A stretch of 64,000 bases of DNA from Patellaria atrata CBS 101060 (lineage: Eukaryota). Shown one piece after another: positions 1 through 12,656 of the stretch (position 1 is the stretch's first letter; every line of letters begins with the position of its first letter). A program made the position numbers and the translations under genes. Where the stretch lies: the NCBI GenBank assembly GCA_010093705.1, contig MU006110.1:265680-329679 (forward strand). The letters run 5' to 3'. Below the pieces are notes generated by a model. That model made no database searches, had not been told where the DNA came from, and worked only from the letters and a program-made list of their open reading frames with translations.

Positions 1-488
1 ATGGCCAGGCCATGGTATCGGCATCAGACGACTGCACCGTCATGCTCTGGGACTCGAAGACGGGCGCGGGCCTCAGCACGCTCGAGGGCCACACGCGCTC
101 GGTCAACGCAGTAGCGTTCTCGCCGGACGGCCAGGTCGTGGCATCGGCATCATACGACCGCACCGTCAGGCTCTGGGACTCGAAGACGGGTACTAACCAA
201 AATGTTATTAATGTAGATGAGTATATTAGGTACCTTAACTTCTCCTTCGGTGGATATTACCTAGATACGAATAAAGGAAGGATTAGTATTTATCCTACTA
301 GCTCAAGTTTTTTACCGCAGCAGGTGTGTTCATTTGGTCTCTTCGTTCAACAAGATTGGGTGTGTAATGATAAGATGGAGAAGCTTATTTGGCTTCCGCC
401 GGATTTTCGAGTATCTACGGCGTATTTTCGGGATCGTCTCCTTATATTAGGTCATGTATCAGGCTTTATTACTTTCTTGAGATTATAG
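1..488 (+). CDS. C-terminal end of a WD40-repeat protein (HET-E/NACHT-WD NLR-like); 5' part lies outside the window
   Basis: Two near-identical 126-bp WD40 units (SASDDCTVMLWD / GHTRSVNAVAFSPDGQVVASASYDRTVRLWD) followed by the typical NWD tail (LDTNKG...LIWLPPDFR...ILGHVSGFI). Confidence 0.85.
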   Translation, partial: GQAMVSASDDCTVMLWDSKTGAGLSTLEGHTRSVNAVAFSPDGQVVASASYDRTVRLWDSKTGTNQNVINVDEYIRYLNFSFGGYYLDTNKGRISIYPTSSSFLPQQVCSFGLFVQQDWVCNDKMEKLIWLPPDFRVSTAYFRDRLLILGHVSGFITFLRL

Positions 489-1547
489 CTCTTATCTCCG
501 TCCAACCCACGTCCTCTTAAGTTGACCTTGTATTTATATCAAATTACGAAAGTTCGATTAGAAATTATAATATTATTATAATTCTGGTGCAGGCTCGCTC
601 AGACTGTCACTCACTAATCAGCTCAGATGGTCAGTCACAAAGCCAGATGGACTGGATAAGTACTGTCCGCAAACGGTTAACCGGTTACGGCATGAAAAGC
701 TGGTTGCAGCAACTGAATAAACGATAGTGACAAGACATGAGAGTATACAGTATCTTACTATAAGATCGGATGTTACGGTATTTGACTTAGCTCACCTTTG
801 TTATACTGTGTGCGTACAGCATCACTTGTCTCTACTGTGAAGCCTTGAGGAGAGTTAAGGGGATCGCAAGTTATATCGTTAACTTGGATTGCAAACCCTT
901 ACACGTTCTATCACGAAGCGGAAACCCAACCCTTTTCGAAGTAAGTCTCTCACCCGTGAGAAACCTTGCGCGTTTTTAGACTTGTCTTGTTCCGTCTTGA
1001 TAGGTGTAAACTCCGCGTCCAACTTTATGCGCTAAGGGGGATCAGGTTCTTGGTGTCTATTATCCCATGCGCGACCCACTTTCATGTTTTCTGGTCCCGC
1101 ACGCAGGGTATTCCCATCTTCTTTGCCGCCCGTTACGGGAAGTTATGCGCGTAGTTACTTAAAGGGGATACGGGAATAGCTCCTTTACCGGAATACGGGA
1201 ACGGCTCCCGCACAAGCGCTTAGAGAGTAAGGCAATGCTCCCGTGCGCAGACTGAGAATATGCGGGGACCAACTTCTGGGGATCTGTTAGATTTTTTATT
1301 GAGAGATGTCGCTCGATTCTTCAAATCTGCGGATACTATCTACTGTTTAAATACACGATAATTACTATGGCCACAATTGATACTATATGAAGTTAACAAG
1401 GAATGACGATACTCTCTGTGTACTGATAAAGCCAACGATACCAATTCTGATACTTATGATATAAGAGGTGATGTAAAGAGAACTTTCTGGAGTGACAGTA
1501 TAGGTAATGGTCGGGTGCCACCGGCTTAGTCAGAGACGACCATGATA

Positions 1548-3394
1548 ACGTGCCGCATCGGTCAGTGGCCACTATCAGTCAGTGGCTACACTCTACTAAA
1601 CTAACTGCGCTTTTTAGCTAATAGCGCTATAACAACAAAATTGGTTGAGCTAGAAATTAAGATAGAGATTCCTTAGATAGTAGTACATTGACGCCTGTTA
1701 TGACCTTGGATATAGCACTTTGAGCATGTTAGTGGTGCGCGCTGGCGCGTAGTAGAGCCCTCGCTCGCCACCACCTCTAGTACCATATTATCTAGCTGCT
1801 CTACTAGCTGCTGGCCTGCCTGCGCCTGTAAAGCTCCTCCGTGAGCAATATACCTACGGCGGATATCCTGCTTCTGTCTACGGCGTTGAGATGCAGCTCG
1901 TAGCTCAGTAACCTCTCTAGTAAGGAGCGCAGTCTGAGCTAGTGCCATATGGCAGCTTTTAATAACTTGGTTGACTGCCTGGCTTGTAGGGCTCTGTGAG
2001 TTGCGCTGGAGAAGCTGCTTAATAAGGTGAGCCTGCTGCTCAAGCTGAGTAGTAGTATGAGGTGTCTCTGCTATCCAGGGCTCTCCGTGTGAGGTTGATG
2101 GAGGTGATGGAGTCTTGTTAATAACCGTTAGCGATGATAGTATACGCTGTGGATCAGCTGGCACGAGGCCTGTAGCCTGGAAACCACTTCTAATTGTCTA
2201 CTCTATGAACACTATAGGCCGTGCCTCTCTATAGAGTAGTAGGAAGTCGAGCTTGTCAATATGATGGATACCCTGCCGAGCTAGCTCCTGTACACCCTGT
2301 CCGTATACTCGCTTGAGAGGAGAGAAGCAGCTGACGTCAAGCGGTTGGAGAAGGTGTGACGTATATGCAGGCATACAAAGGGTAACTATCCTATTCTCTA
2401 GACAGAAGGTGTCGAATTCTGGTGTTGTATGGCTACTATGGCCGTCACCGATAAGTAATCGATAGGTACCGACTATACGCGCCCTTGTAGAGCTATTAAA
2501 GTGCTGTAGCCAGGTGAAACCAAGCTGATCAGTCGTCCAGCCATTATCACTGACTGCTAGCATCCAGTTGGTAGGTAGGTCTTGGTACTAGCTTGCCTGG
2601 TGGACCTTGCCTGCGAAGATAATAAAGGGTGGAATCGCCCATCCAGACGCGTTAATACATTCAATAGCTGCGACCCACTCGCGATTGCCTGGCTGTATAA
2701 CTGCTCGCCGACCTATTGTATCTGAGCTTGTAATGACTTTTGATGTTGCTGTANNNNNNNNNNNNNNNNNNNNNNNNNNNNNNNNNNNNNNNNNNNNNNN
2801 NNNNNNNNNNNNNNNNNNNNNNNNNNNNNNNNNNNNNNNNNNNNNNNNNNNNNNNNNNNNNNNNNNNNNNNNNNNNNNNNNNNNNNNNNNNNNNNNNNNN
2901 NNNNNNNNNNNNNNNNNNNNNNNNNNNNNNNNNNNNNNNNNNNNNNNNNNNNNNNNNNNNNNNNNNNNNNNNNNNNNNNNNNNNNNNNNNNNNNNNNNNN
3001 NNNNNNNNNNNNNNNNNNNNNNNNNNNNNNNNNNNNNNNNNNNNNNNNNNNNNNNNNNNNNNNNNNNNNNNNNNNNNNNNNNNNNNNNNNNNNNNNNNNN
3101 NNNNNNNNNNNNNNNNNNNNNNNNNNNNNNNNNNNNNNNNNNNNNNNNNNNNNNNNNNNNNNNNNNNNNNNNNNNNNNNNNNNNNNNNNNNNNNNNNNNN
3201 NNNNNNNNNNNNNNNNNNNNNNNNNNNNNNNNNNNNNNNNNNNNNNNNNNNNNNNNNNNNNNNNNNNNNNNNNNNNNNNNNNNAGCTGCTGGGCGCTGTG
3301 TTGTAGTGGCATCGCGGGTTTGGTGGAAGACGTGTCGCGATTTTGGTGGGGTGTGGCCACTGACTGATAGTGGCCACTGACCGATGCGGCACGT
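1548..3394 (-). mobile_element. Fot1/pogo-like (Tc1/mariner superfamily) DNA transposon, RIP-damaged, spanning an N gap
   Basis: ~45-bp TIRs starting ACGTGCCGCATCGGTCAGTGGCCAC at 1548 and ending at 3394; TA duplication at 1546-47 and 3395-96; ~1.85 kb including the gap. Confidence 0.93.
1673..2753 (-). pseudogene. DDE_1 (pogo/Fot1) transposase with in-frame stops
   Basis: Motifs QPGNREWV..IECINASGW, SDNGWT, LLIGDGHSSH, HLLQPLDV and a C-terminal CSKC..GHNRRQC knuckle; TAG stops at ~2588 and ~2198. Confidence 0.9.
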
Positions 3395-3838
3395 TATCAT
3401 GTCTGTAACCAACCTCTGGGCAATTCACCACAGGGATCATAATTCAACAGGATCCTGCAACTTAGACGTATTCCAATCGTCGGGGGGATAGAAACATGTG
3501 ATCCTAGCTTCGCGGCTCGGGTTTATGCAAGCATGATTTGTAGAATGCCTCAAGTTCGAATTGGAATCCTACGCGCGCGTTGTAGAACTGGTGGTCTTGA
3601 GCCAAACGTCGAAGACGCCGCAGACGCCGCATTTCTCCTTTAATAACATTCGACCGTTCATAGAACAAGGGATTCAGGTGAAGCACTCCGCCTCATTTGA
3701 TATTATGAAAGATGAAACGGAATCCGTGGCTGGAGGGCGGGGTAAGGATGATAGTAAGGACATATAAGTACTTAGTACATCTCTAGCATTCTCGATATCT
3801 ATTCATTCTCAATATCAAGCAATCTTACATCGACTTAT

Positions 3839-4743
3839 ATGACATCATATACCATTGAAATGGCTACCGGTCCACATCACGAAATCGGAATCCTTGTTAA
3901 TGGTGTTTGGAAGCAGTGGTCAACTTCTGCAGGACAGGACTATTACGAAAATTTGACCACTAGAAAGACGCAATTTGAAATACCGGCTGGATGGGAGGAT
4001 GCCGACTCAGTGTGTATATACTAGACCTTACTAGGAATAAGTTATGCTAATCTAATTCGTAGGAGACCTGGCAAGTTGATACCTCCAAGGGTTGGGAACA
4101 ATGGTGAGTATTTGCCCACCATCTGGAATCTCCGCTTGGCGATTGGAGATCTCGATTGGGACTAATTTTCCGGGTCTTATGCAGGCGCAATGTCAGAACC
4201 GGTCGGATCAGACGTACAAACCCTAACCCCCCCGCACCTCATACCTATCTGGACAGGGAGAACATTCAAACGCACCTCCGGCTTGTCGAAAGAACGCCCG
4301 AATCCCAGGAGTACTTGTACAGAAGGGTTATGATGGCGATCTTGAGGTACTTTTTCAAGGAGGACGAAGGTTTTGATGTTTTTCAGGAGGAGTCGCGTGG
4401 GGAAACAAGCCAAGGCGAATCACGACCGGACATGACCGTGCTCAAAATCACAGCTCGCCCGGGAGGAAGCACATATGCGTATGATTACTGCTTAATAGAG
4501 AGCAAGAAGGCTGGTGAGAGTTGGGACGCAACGCAAGATCACCTGAGTAGGCATTACGGAGGCACAGAAAACCCGTCTAGGGAAGTCTACGGCATCGTTC
4601 AGATTGGACTATGCATTCGGTTCTTCACTGCCCGCAATGGGGTACTTACGGCGCAAAGCGGTTATCTACACGTACGCGACGATGTCAACGATATCACAGC
4701 CGGGATGGAAAACATGAAGAGACGCCCACCCCTATTTCAATAG
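3839..4743 (+). CDS. Three-exon gene (3839-4009, 4063-4103, 4185-4743; 256 aa): tandem WW-like domains plus a PD-(D/E)XK nuclease-like domain
   Basis: GT-AG introns join in frame. WKQWSTSAGQDYYENLTTRKTQFEIP fits the WW consensus; a second degenerate unit is WQVDTSKGWEQWRNVRTG..RTNP. RPD...LIESKK...Q..L..VYGIVQIG fits a restriction-endonuclease-like fold. Confidence 0.65.
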
Positions 4744-4882
4744 TGAAGAGTCTGCATACTAGGAAGAGATGTAGGGGTGATGGACGTCTTGTAATGCTGT
4801 TTAGTGGAATGGTGTTTTGCTTAAAGAGTACACAGGTTAGCTAGAATTTTTGTTTTTGAAATTAAACAAAGGGCATACTATA

Positions 4883-6222
4883 TCAATCATACCGCCTGTA
4901 GCTTCCTCGGGCTAAGTAGACTATTCCACTCCTGTGCTCACCAAACCAGACCTCGGATTCGACAGACGACCCCGAATGGCGAATTAAGTATCTTTCCTGC
5001 AATGCAACCTTTAGAGGACCATCTTTCCACAAGAATAGAGACCCCAAGCCAAGCAAGCAGCCAACTTTAGCAGCTACTACTGTCCCTACGGATATATAAT
5101 TCAGTATTATGTCCTGAACCTCAATAGGTAGCGATCGAAGAGGTGTAAGGATCGAAGGTCTGGCGGAGGCAGTGGCCCAGGTGAGATAATCTAGTGCCAG
5201 GTCTGACGGGGGTCCGATGCCATAATCGCCATTGAAGAGGGGCTCTGGAGCAGTATGCTGAAATAAATCCGGACCGGTGGCGTAACAGAGCATAATATGC
5301 CGGATTGATAGAATCATGTAATGTGCCTGTGTTTCGCCAGAGTCCGTCGTGCTAGGACTTTCAGTATTACTAAACTTCTGAGAAGATACGTGCTGCTGGA
5401 CTATTGATAGTCCTTCTTGGATAGCTTGGTAGAGGACGACGCAGACGTTGCCCACGCGCACAACGTCGGCCTCGAACGGCTTCCAGGCGGGCAACTGTGT
5501 GATCCATACATGTACACCCCGTGGGCCAAGGCCCCCGGTGTTTTCGTGGACTTCGAAATCAAGCGTTGAAAGCCTGATTATAGCTCGTGCAAGTACTCGT
5601 AAAGTAACGGAGTTATACCGATTTCGAAAAATATGTCTCCACTGGTAATGAAAGTCCCTGAGTAGGCGATGTGTAAATGCACGAGTTCTGTCGTCAACCT
5701 TAACTTGTGGTTTCCAGTAAGGCATTTCAGAATTAAATGTCGGCTCTAAAGGCAAGGGAACAGGTCCGCCGAGTCGTTCCATATCGGCTAGACTCACAAC
5801 ACGTTCTCGAAGAAGAGCAAGTAGGATCTGACTGCAACCGTTGCGATTGGTATAGCGCAACACGTCATTTTGGGTGTCGAAGGTCCAGAGGGCGTGGTAC
5901 TGGAGCTGTCGGGAATCGCCAAAGGGATTGACTGTGTCATATTTATCGTCATCATTCTATTTGAACGGGAGACTTTTGTGTAAGGCGTCGAAAGTTGTCT
6001 CTATAGATGTCATTAGTGCCGTTATCGAAAGCCATGGGCGGTGCACGGTGCCCACTCACCCTTTTGAAGATTAAGTAAGATCTTAGAAAAGCACTGCAGG
6101 TGTTCTTCATCTCCTTCATCAGTTGTTCGGCTACCAAAGAGTATACGGGTTTTCCGGTGATGAGAGCCGACCTCTGGCAACTCGGACAGAGGCGGCGAGA
6201 GAAGATAGGCTAGAACATTCAT
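4883..6222 (-). CDS. Hypothetical fungal protein with an F-box-like motif near the C-terminus; 5' structure uncertain (introns or frameshifts)
   Basis: 326-aa ORF plus upstream ORF pieces in other frames; LRSLPIEVQDIILNY resembles an F-box. Confidence 0.5.
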
Positions 6223-6272
6223 TGCGGTTATATCTGTTGACGGAGAATGGAGCACGGGCAATCAAGCGATAA

Positions 6273-6535
6273 TGTCGGAATATTGGTAACCAGGATAAAC
6301 ATGTTGCTCGCTTATTTCGCCACGGACTACGGTATCAGAGTAACCAGGGTTACTAATCTGATACAGCACTATCTTTTAGTTCTTACTGTTGGTACTATTT
6401 TCGTTATTTTCTAAGACATAGATTTCATACTGTTCCGTCCGTTTTGGTACACACCTGCGGTATATAACACCTAGATAGAACCACTCTTTTGAGAATGAAG
6501 CCATGCACCTTTTCAGCTACTGCAGCAATCTGACA
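6273..6535. mobile_element. Solo LTR (263 bp, family A)
   Basis: TGTC...GACA ends; 5-bp TSD GATAA on both sides; near-identical inverted copy at 12394-12656. Confidence 0.9.
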
Positions 6536-6670
6536 GATAAGAGATGGCGATCGTAACAGCGGCTCGGGCTACCTACGGATTAGCACTTGTCGGAGGATCC
6601 CGGCGGATTCGAGCTATACTCTTGGCCAACGTGCTACTCGCAGAAGTCACGTGATGCGGTCAGAGGATGT

Positions 6671-7140
6671 TTGTGAGAACTCTAGATTAGATAATCAGAT
6701 AGCTAGTTGCTTGGCCTTCATTTACGCTGTCACGTACAAATACAGCTTGGGGGCCCCATCAATAATACCAGCAAGTTCCTCCAGATTTCCACATGTTAAC
6801 TGATAGAGTGATAGATAGTCGCTTGATTGTTTTGTGCTAGGAGATATATATATGTATATTTATTCTCGAGATCTATTTAAAACACGTTTTCAAAACTCGG
6901 TGTTGAGATAGCGGAGATGTTGAGGAAACAGATCATTCTTTGAAGTGAGTGCTTTTGGGCGCTGAAATCTTTTGAATCTAAATCAGAGATGCAGGATGAG
7001 CACGCCCCCAATGAACCAAATGTGAACCCCGGGTGGGGAAGATCTGGAGGAGATATTGAAGCAGCTTCGCGTATTGTACGCGACCGTCTAATGAGGGCCA
7101 AGTAACCGCTATCTGATTATCTAATCTGGAGTTCTCACAA
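6671..7140. repeat. Diverged inverted repeat (6671-6737 vs 7074-7140) enclosing a copia-LTR-like relic
   Basis: TTGTGAGAACTCTAGATTAGATAATCAGATAGC (6671-6703) matches the reverse complement of 7108-7140 at 32/33 positions; the interior has GTCGCTTGATT and TGTTGAGATAGCGGAGATGTTGAGGA, as in the copia LTRs here. Confidence 0.6.
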
Positions 7141-7207
7141 GCCATTCCCATCGTTCTGCGCATCCACGGTATATTAGCGCGTGGTAAACATCCTTAAAAT
7201 TGCCACT

Positions 7208-8103
7208 CTTTTTTTTTTTAATCTATTGTATTGCATTTATCTACAATACTGCGCATGCAGCCTCTTGGGATATGGTGCTACTCTTCTATCTACATAAATT
7301 CCTATCCTAGCGCAATAATATGTCTAGTGAGAGTGTCTGAGGAGTGAAGCTCCCTAGTTGTCCAAACTTTACAGTCTAATCCAAAGATTAGAAAAACTTA
7401 ACCAACTCCCCTATATCCCTTGCTCTTCATTTACCTGCATTGTATATCAATCTAGTTTTTCCCCTGTATCCTATCATTTTTAATATGTTTCTTGTTCTTC
7501 TTCATTTATTTCTCCTTTATGTAGCAGCCATTTAGCTGTTGAGATTTATGTACTGTGTAAGTATTGAAAGAGTACTTCTTTCCTCTTCTCTGTACAAAAG
7601 AGTTTTGTTAATGTCATTATTGACTTTAGCTGCTTCTCCATGATTTTGCGTTCCTTGGAGTAATGTTTGCAGTGAAGAATTAGGTGTCTTGGGCTTTGGA
7701 TAAACCTGCAGTCTCCAAAACATTTCCCTTCAGTATCCTTTCCAATTCTCTTGGAGTATGACTTGAAGAAGCCTGCTCCACTCCTCAGCTGAAAGAATGC
7801 TGCTTGAGTCCTCTTTGAATATTTTGGGATTGATGATTTGGTTGAAAATGGGATTGCTACTCTACACACTTGGGTGTAATGCTTTCCATTGCTTTTTCCA
7901 TCTGTTATGATCTTTTCTCTACTCATACGTTTCAAGTGGCTAAGTGAGGTGAATGATGCTTGTACAGATTTCCTTTCTAATCCAAGTTTGGCCAGTTTGT
8001 CTGCTAGTTCATTGCCAAAGACGCCTTTATGGCTTGGAAACCAGCTGAAATTGGCATTCATGCCCCATTCTGTTTTTAGGATATATCGCACCTGACTAAG
8101 CAC
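7208..8103 (-). mobile_element. 3' fragment of a non-LTR retrotransposon (LINE with RNase H and Cys/His motif) with poly(A) tail
   Basis: WFPSHKGVFGNELADKLAK (RNase H C-terminus) and C..DC...SPRHLILHC; T-run at 7208-7219; near-identical copy at ~43240-43888. Confidence 0.85.
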
Positions 8104-8792
8104 TCAGTCGGGTATATATGCTGTCCTCCTCCAGTCTCTTCTGGATCAGACACTTCAATCTACATCTCACTTTACATGCCCTTGCCACCTAATAAGAACT
8201 ATGAGGTCGCAACTCTTCGTGCGGCAGACTCTAGGATTACAACGCTCCAAGCAGTTTCTTTCTCCCTCCCGACCAAATCTCTACTGATGGCTCAGGTGGT
8301 ATATGTGTTCCTCTGGATATTGCTTGTGCCATTGCCGCTTGTGGTTTGCAGGCGGCCGGTTGTTGTGGCTGTCCTGTTCTAAGGGAATGGTGACCGCCGC
8401 CGCACCGGCGACTGCCCATTTTTCCCTCTTTAAGGTTAGCAGTTCTTATTTTATTTTATTTTATATCCTACTATTCTTTATTATTTCTCATATATTTATT
8501 ATTTTCTATTGTTTTGGGTAGACATGGCGAGTGCGTAGTTAGATGAAAAGTGTCGAGCAACGTTAGAGGTTTAGCGCATTGTGAGATTATGTAATTTGCA
8601 GAAACGCGTAATTAATTGCTCATCAACAACACGCAGCCGTCGCTCATATACTGTCAGTCCTATATATCCCATGCTGTAATGCCCCGCCAGTCAGTTCTCT
8701 TATGGTTTGAGTAATTACCAGGTTCTACCGATCGCGAACAGAGGGGAAAGAAGCGCAAAAAACATCCTCTTGCTGAACGCTATCTAGACGCG

Positions 8793-10160
8793 ATGAATCA
8801 CCTTCTACCGCGCACGCCCTCGCCTTCCAAGAGACGTAAAAGGCAAGACACCGATATTCAGGGCAATGATGCAGAAAATACTGCACGGCCTTTTAACCCG
8901 ACAGCTCTATTATCCTTACGAGACGATGCTTCGCAGCACTCCACCTCTTCTGCGCGCAGCTCTGCTACATCCCCGCGATCTCGAAGTCCTACCAAGCGAA
9001 TATCTGACATGCTCTTTGCGCCACAGCCAATAGTTTTCAAGCAATTTGTACCTCGTGGGCCTGCGGAGCTCCCAAGCGACTTGAATACCATTCTCAACAC
9101 CATAGAAAGACGATTCTCGCGGGGCATTGCTGTGGTGTCAGATGCTTATCGGGTATAATCGAAGGCTTTATTGCCCTGCAGTTATGGGAGATGATAGAAC
9201 TAATATAGTGTACAAGAATGCAATCGAAGGCCTAGCGGACGAGACCTTCGGCGCAATCGATGATTTCGCATATACCAAGCCAATAAAGCTCCCTGGTCCA
9301 TCACCAGCTCCAGAGCAGTGTGCAAAAGCTGTTTTGCTTGCCCAGCGCTGCGAAGAAGGGGGACATTGTGAGGCGGCCTGGAATAGCAGTGTACACAACT
9401 TCATCCTTGATCTGGCGCTACACCACAATGTTTTTAAAGAAAAGCTGTACTTCCTAAACTGGTCTGTCCACTCTCTGTTCGTTAATTGTGCTTGATGTTT
9501 ACCAGAGTGAGTAGCACTTCTACCTGGATTTCACCACCTTCTCTTAATTCTCCTGGTCAAGCTGGCACAATGCTGAACTTTAAAATGGTTAATTTTGCCA
9601 TTCACATCGAGCCTTCCGAGTGCTTTCGCAAAGCTCTTCGCGAACGTGCTCAGCGAAGTGCATTGCCTATGTCTGCAAACCACACCCTTCACGAACCGTT
9701 ACGCTGGCGACCAATTTGCGTCAGCATTGAGACAAAACACACGAGCCAAATTGGGGTGAGGCGATAGCACAAGTTAGCATATGGACAACTGCGCAACTCA
9801 CCAATCTTGAAGAGCTGATTAGGGAGGCTAGAGAGGTTGCGGATGAGCAAGGAGAGGCTTCACAAGGATATGAGGTCTCACTGCCCTTCCTTCCTATTAT
9901 CATTGTGCTTGGCCATGACTGGAATTTTCTTCCCGCTATAAGGGAACCCGGCAAGCAAACTGTAAGAATCCAGCGGATCTGCTTATGTGTACTAGCTAAC
10001 GTCTTATCAGTGTATATATCACAAAATTCATTTTGGCAGCACCTCATCTCCGCTTGGTGTCTATCAAATAGTCGCGACTATTCAACTCCTTGCTTGTTGG
10101 GTACGAGATTCATTCACAGGTTGGTTTGAGAAGTTCTGTTTAGGAATGAGAGAAGACAAC
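8793..10160 (+). pseudogene. Fungal PD-(D/E)XK nuclease-like gene (PDDEXK_12-like), multi-exon, frameshifted
   Basis: S/P-rich N-terminus ending SRSPTKR, EAAWNSSVH, KMVNFAI, PICVSIETK, AQVSIW, LPFLPIIIVLGHDW; frame break after ETK; paralog of 25559-27154. Confidence 0.75.
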
Positions 10161-10591
10161 GGTAGTGTACATACGATTGAGAAACTGCTCGAGAATGTTA
10201 GCACAGAGAATTAAGTTTTGTGCGGAGGTGACTTCTCAATCGTCCTGAAGGCCAGAGAGTTCATACGAAGAGTACATGCTCCTACTAGCGCGAAGATGGC
10301 GTTTAGCGGTAAATTGTCGAATCGACGCATGCGGCTCAAGATCAATACAGCACCCATTACTATCGATCTTGCCAACGCCAATATGCCTATGTTAAGATTC
10401 AATGAGAATCAAGGAACTCATTGGAGATTTCCCAGTGTTCCGCCCTGTGAATCACCCAAACGAAGGTATTTACCCTTGCTTTCCTGTCCCCTCTATGGAA
10501 TAGAGATTGACTAAAATCATATAATCATGAGTTAGTTACTTCTTATTTAGGGCGCTTCTAAGGGGGCTTGAGGATTTGTCAAGCTTGAAAG

Positions 10592-11644
10592 TTACATATC
10601 TCTTCTTTCCTCTACATACGGTGGTGGATATATATTATATTTACCACTCAGTGCTTGGCGTAAAATAGCTGAAACTGGCTCAAATCCGGGTGATAGTACA
10701 GTATACCGTCTCAGAGCCGACCACACCCTGATTACTGATTTAACATACCCTTCCAGCTTTTGAGTTTCACTCAACAAGCTGAATACTCAAGATTCTCGCT
10801 CAAGTTCAGTGTTCACCCTTACCACCTTTAATATTCACCTTTACCATCTATACCGAAGATACATGAATATCCATGTATCAAAAAGGCACCAACATTCCTT
10901 CCAGCCCATATCTTCAAACTCTTACCTCTAGCTAGAAATCCTACTCTAACTCTGGGCCAGATTTAGTACTCTTCCGGTACTGTTGTGCGTTAGGGCAGTT
11001 CCATGGGCTCGTAGCTCTCTGGCTCTTGTTGTTTGGACTCTTCGAGGTTCAATTCGTGACTGGCAATGGTGTTGGCAGTGGTGCTAGCCGTGGTGCTGGC
11101 CGTGATACTGGCGAGACGAAACAAGGGTTGTGCTGTACGGAGGCTCTGACTGAAGTCGTGGCTGATGCTGTAGCCGTACGTACGCAAGGAAAGAACTGGG
11201 GGCCGTAGTGGTGGCCAGTCGTTGACAGAGGTGGTACATGGTCCATCTTGAGATGCCGTGCTGAAGGCATCAAAGCTGAGGACCATCGTAAAGGCCGGCC
11301 GCTGACTGAGAAATACTGTTGACCGTATTAGGCCTTATTTAACGTCGCTCCTGTACGACGGAAGCACTCATCATAGACGGAGGTGCGTGGCGGGAAAACA
11401 GTACGTAAATAAACAAAGGAGTACTATAGAGACATGAGTATCGAGCCCCTTTGATGTGAGATGATAATTGATCGCTTGATTCCTCTACATACGGCAGTGG
11501 ATAGGTGTTTATATAGACCACTCGATGCTTGGCTAAAACAGTTGAAACTGGTAAAAATTCAGGTGATACAGTATATCGTTTCATGGCCAACAACACCCTG
11601 ATTGCTGATTTTACAAATTCGTACCTTTTTATCTTTAATACCAA
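10592..11644 (-). repeat. Two diverged copies of a short coding-like module (10592-10777 and ~11470-11644)
   Basis: VKSVIRVWSALRRYTVLSPGFEPVSAIL...YPPPYVEE aligns with VKSAIRVLLAMKRYTVSPEFLPVSTVL...YPLPYVEE. Confidence 0.55.
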
Positions 11645-12287
11645 TACCGATCGGTAATGTCGCTGCTAGGGAGCAGGTGTTTGGGAGCCGGTGCTAGAGA
11701 GATAACCGTGCATGCGTCAAGCGAATTTCGATCGCACGGTACCGTGGTTATGGGTTGCAAGGGATGTGCTAGACTGGAAGTTCTGGAACTAATGATCGGT
11801 GGGCCGGGACGACCCACATTTCATACTATATTTTCGCCTACAAACAACCACAGGACAAGTAGTAGCGCTGTTGTTCCAAAACGCCTGCATCTGCAGTTCA
11901 CACAACGTTATGCTTTGTCAAATTCATAGCCTCGCAGTCTATTCTTTGACTCTTGTTGGAGCTGGCTGGGACGCGGAAAAATCAAACATCGTCAATCGTC
12001 ATGGTGCGTCGACAACATTACACACCCTAACTTCACAAAATGAGAAAATATCAGAAGTGTTCCTGCTGCTAATCTTGATGCCAAATTCCGCCGCACTTTT
12101 CGTCCGGACATGTTATTTCTTGCGTTTTTGTCTCCGCTCACTGCCTTCTGGCAAAGGCTTTTAACATCTGCGCAGGACACGCTAGGCTTAGTCCCGAATC
12201 CTCTACCCCAATGTCGATGATCGTCTGGCCCTTCATCCGGACGACAAGCCTTGGAACCAGGTAGGAACGGGAAATTTTCGCGTTATC

Positions 12288-12368
12288 GCTTACGGCTTAT
12301 GGCCTACGGCTTATGGCCTACGGCTTATGGCCTACGGCTTATGGCTTACTGCTTACCGTTTACTGCTT
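12288..12368 (+). repeat. Intronic minisatellite with a 7/14-bp unit (GGCTTATGGCCTAC)n
   Basis: Directly visible tandem copies inside the GT...AG intron 12261-12370. Confidence 0.85.
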
Positions 12369-12393
12369 AGATCGAACCATCGCAGACGATAGT

Positions 12394-12656
12394 TGTCAGA
12401 TTGCTGCAGTGGCTGAAAAGGTGCATGGCTTGATTCTCAAATGAGTGGTTCTATCTATGTGTTATATACCGCAGGTGTGTACCAAAACGGACGGAACAGT
12501 ATGAAATCTATGTCTTAGAAAATAACGAAAATAGTACCAACAGTAAGAACTAAAAGATAGTGCTGTATTAGATTAGTAACCCTGGTTACTCTGATACCGT
12601 AGTCCGTGGCGAAATAAGCGAACGGGATGATTATCCTGGTTACCAATATTCCGACA
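12394..12656. mobile_element. Solo LTR (family A, inverted relative to 6273-6535)
   Basis: TGTCAGA...CCGACA ends; TSD ATAGT on both sides. Confidence 0.9.

Noticed and set aside
2588..3440. Long ORFs spanning the first N run
   Set aside because: Artefacts of the assembly gap; only the transposase frame flanking it is meaningful.
6273..12656. A 6.4-kb element with 263-bp TIRs
   Set aside because: Each copy has its own 5-bp TSD (GATAA, ATAGT), so they are independent solo LTRs.
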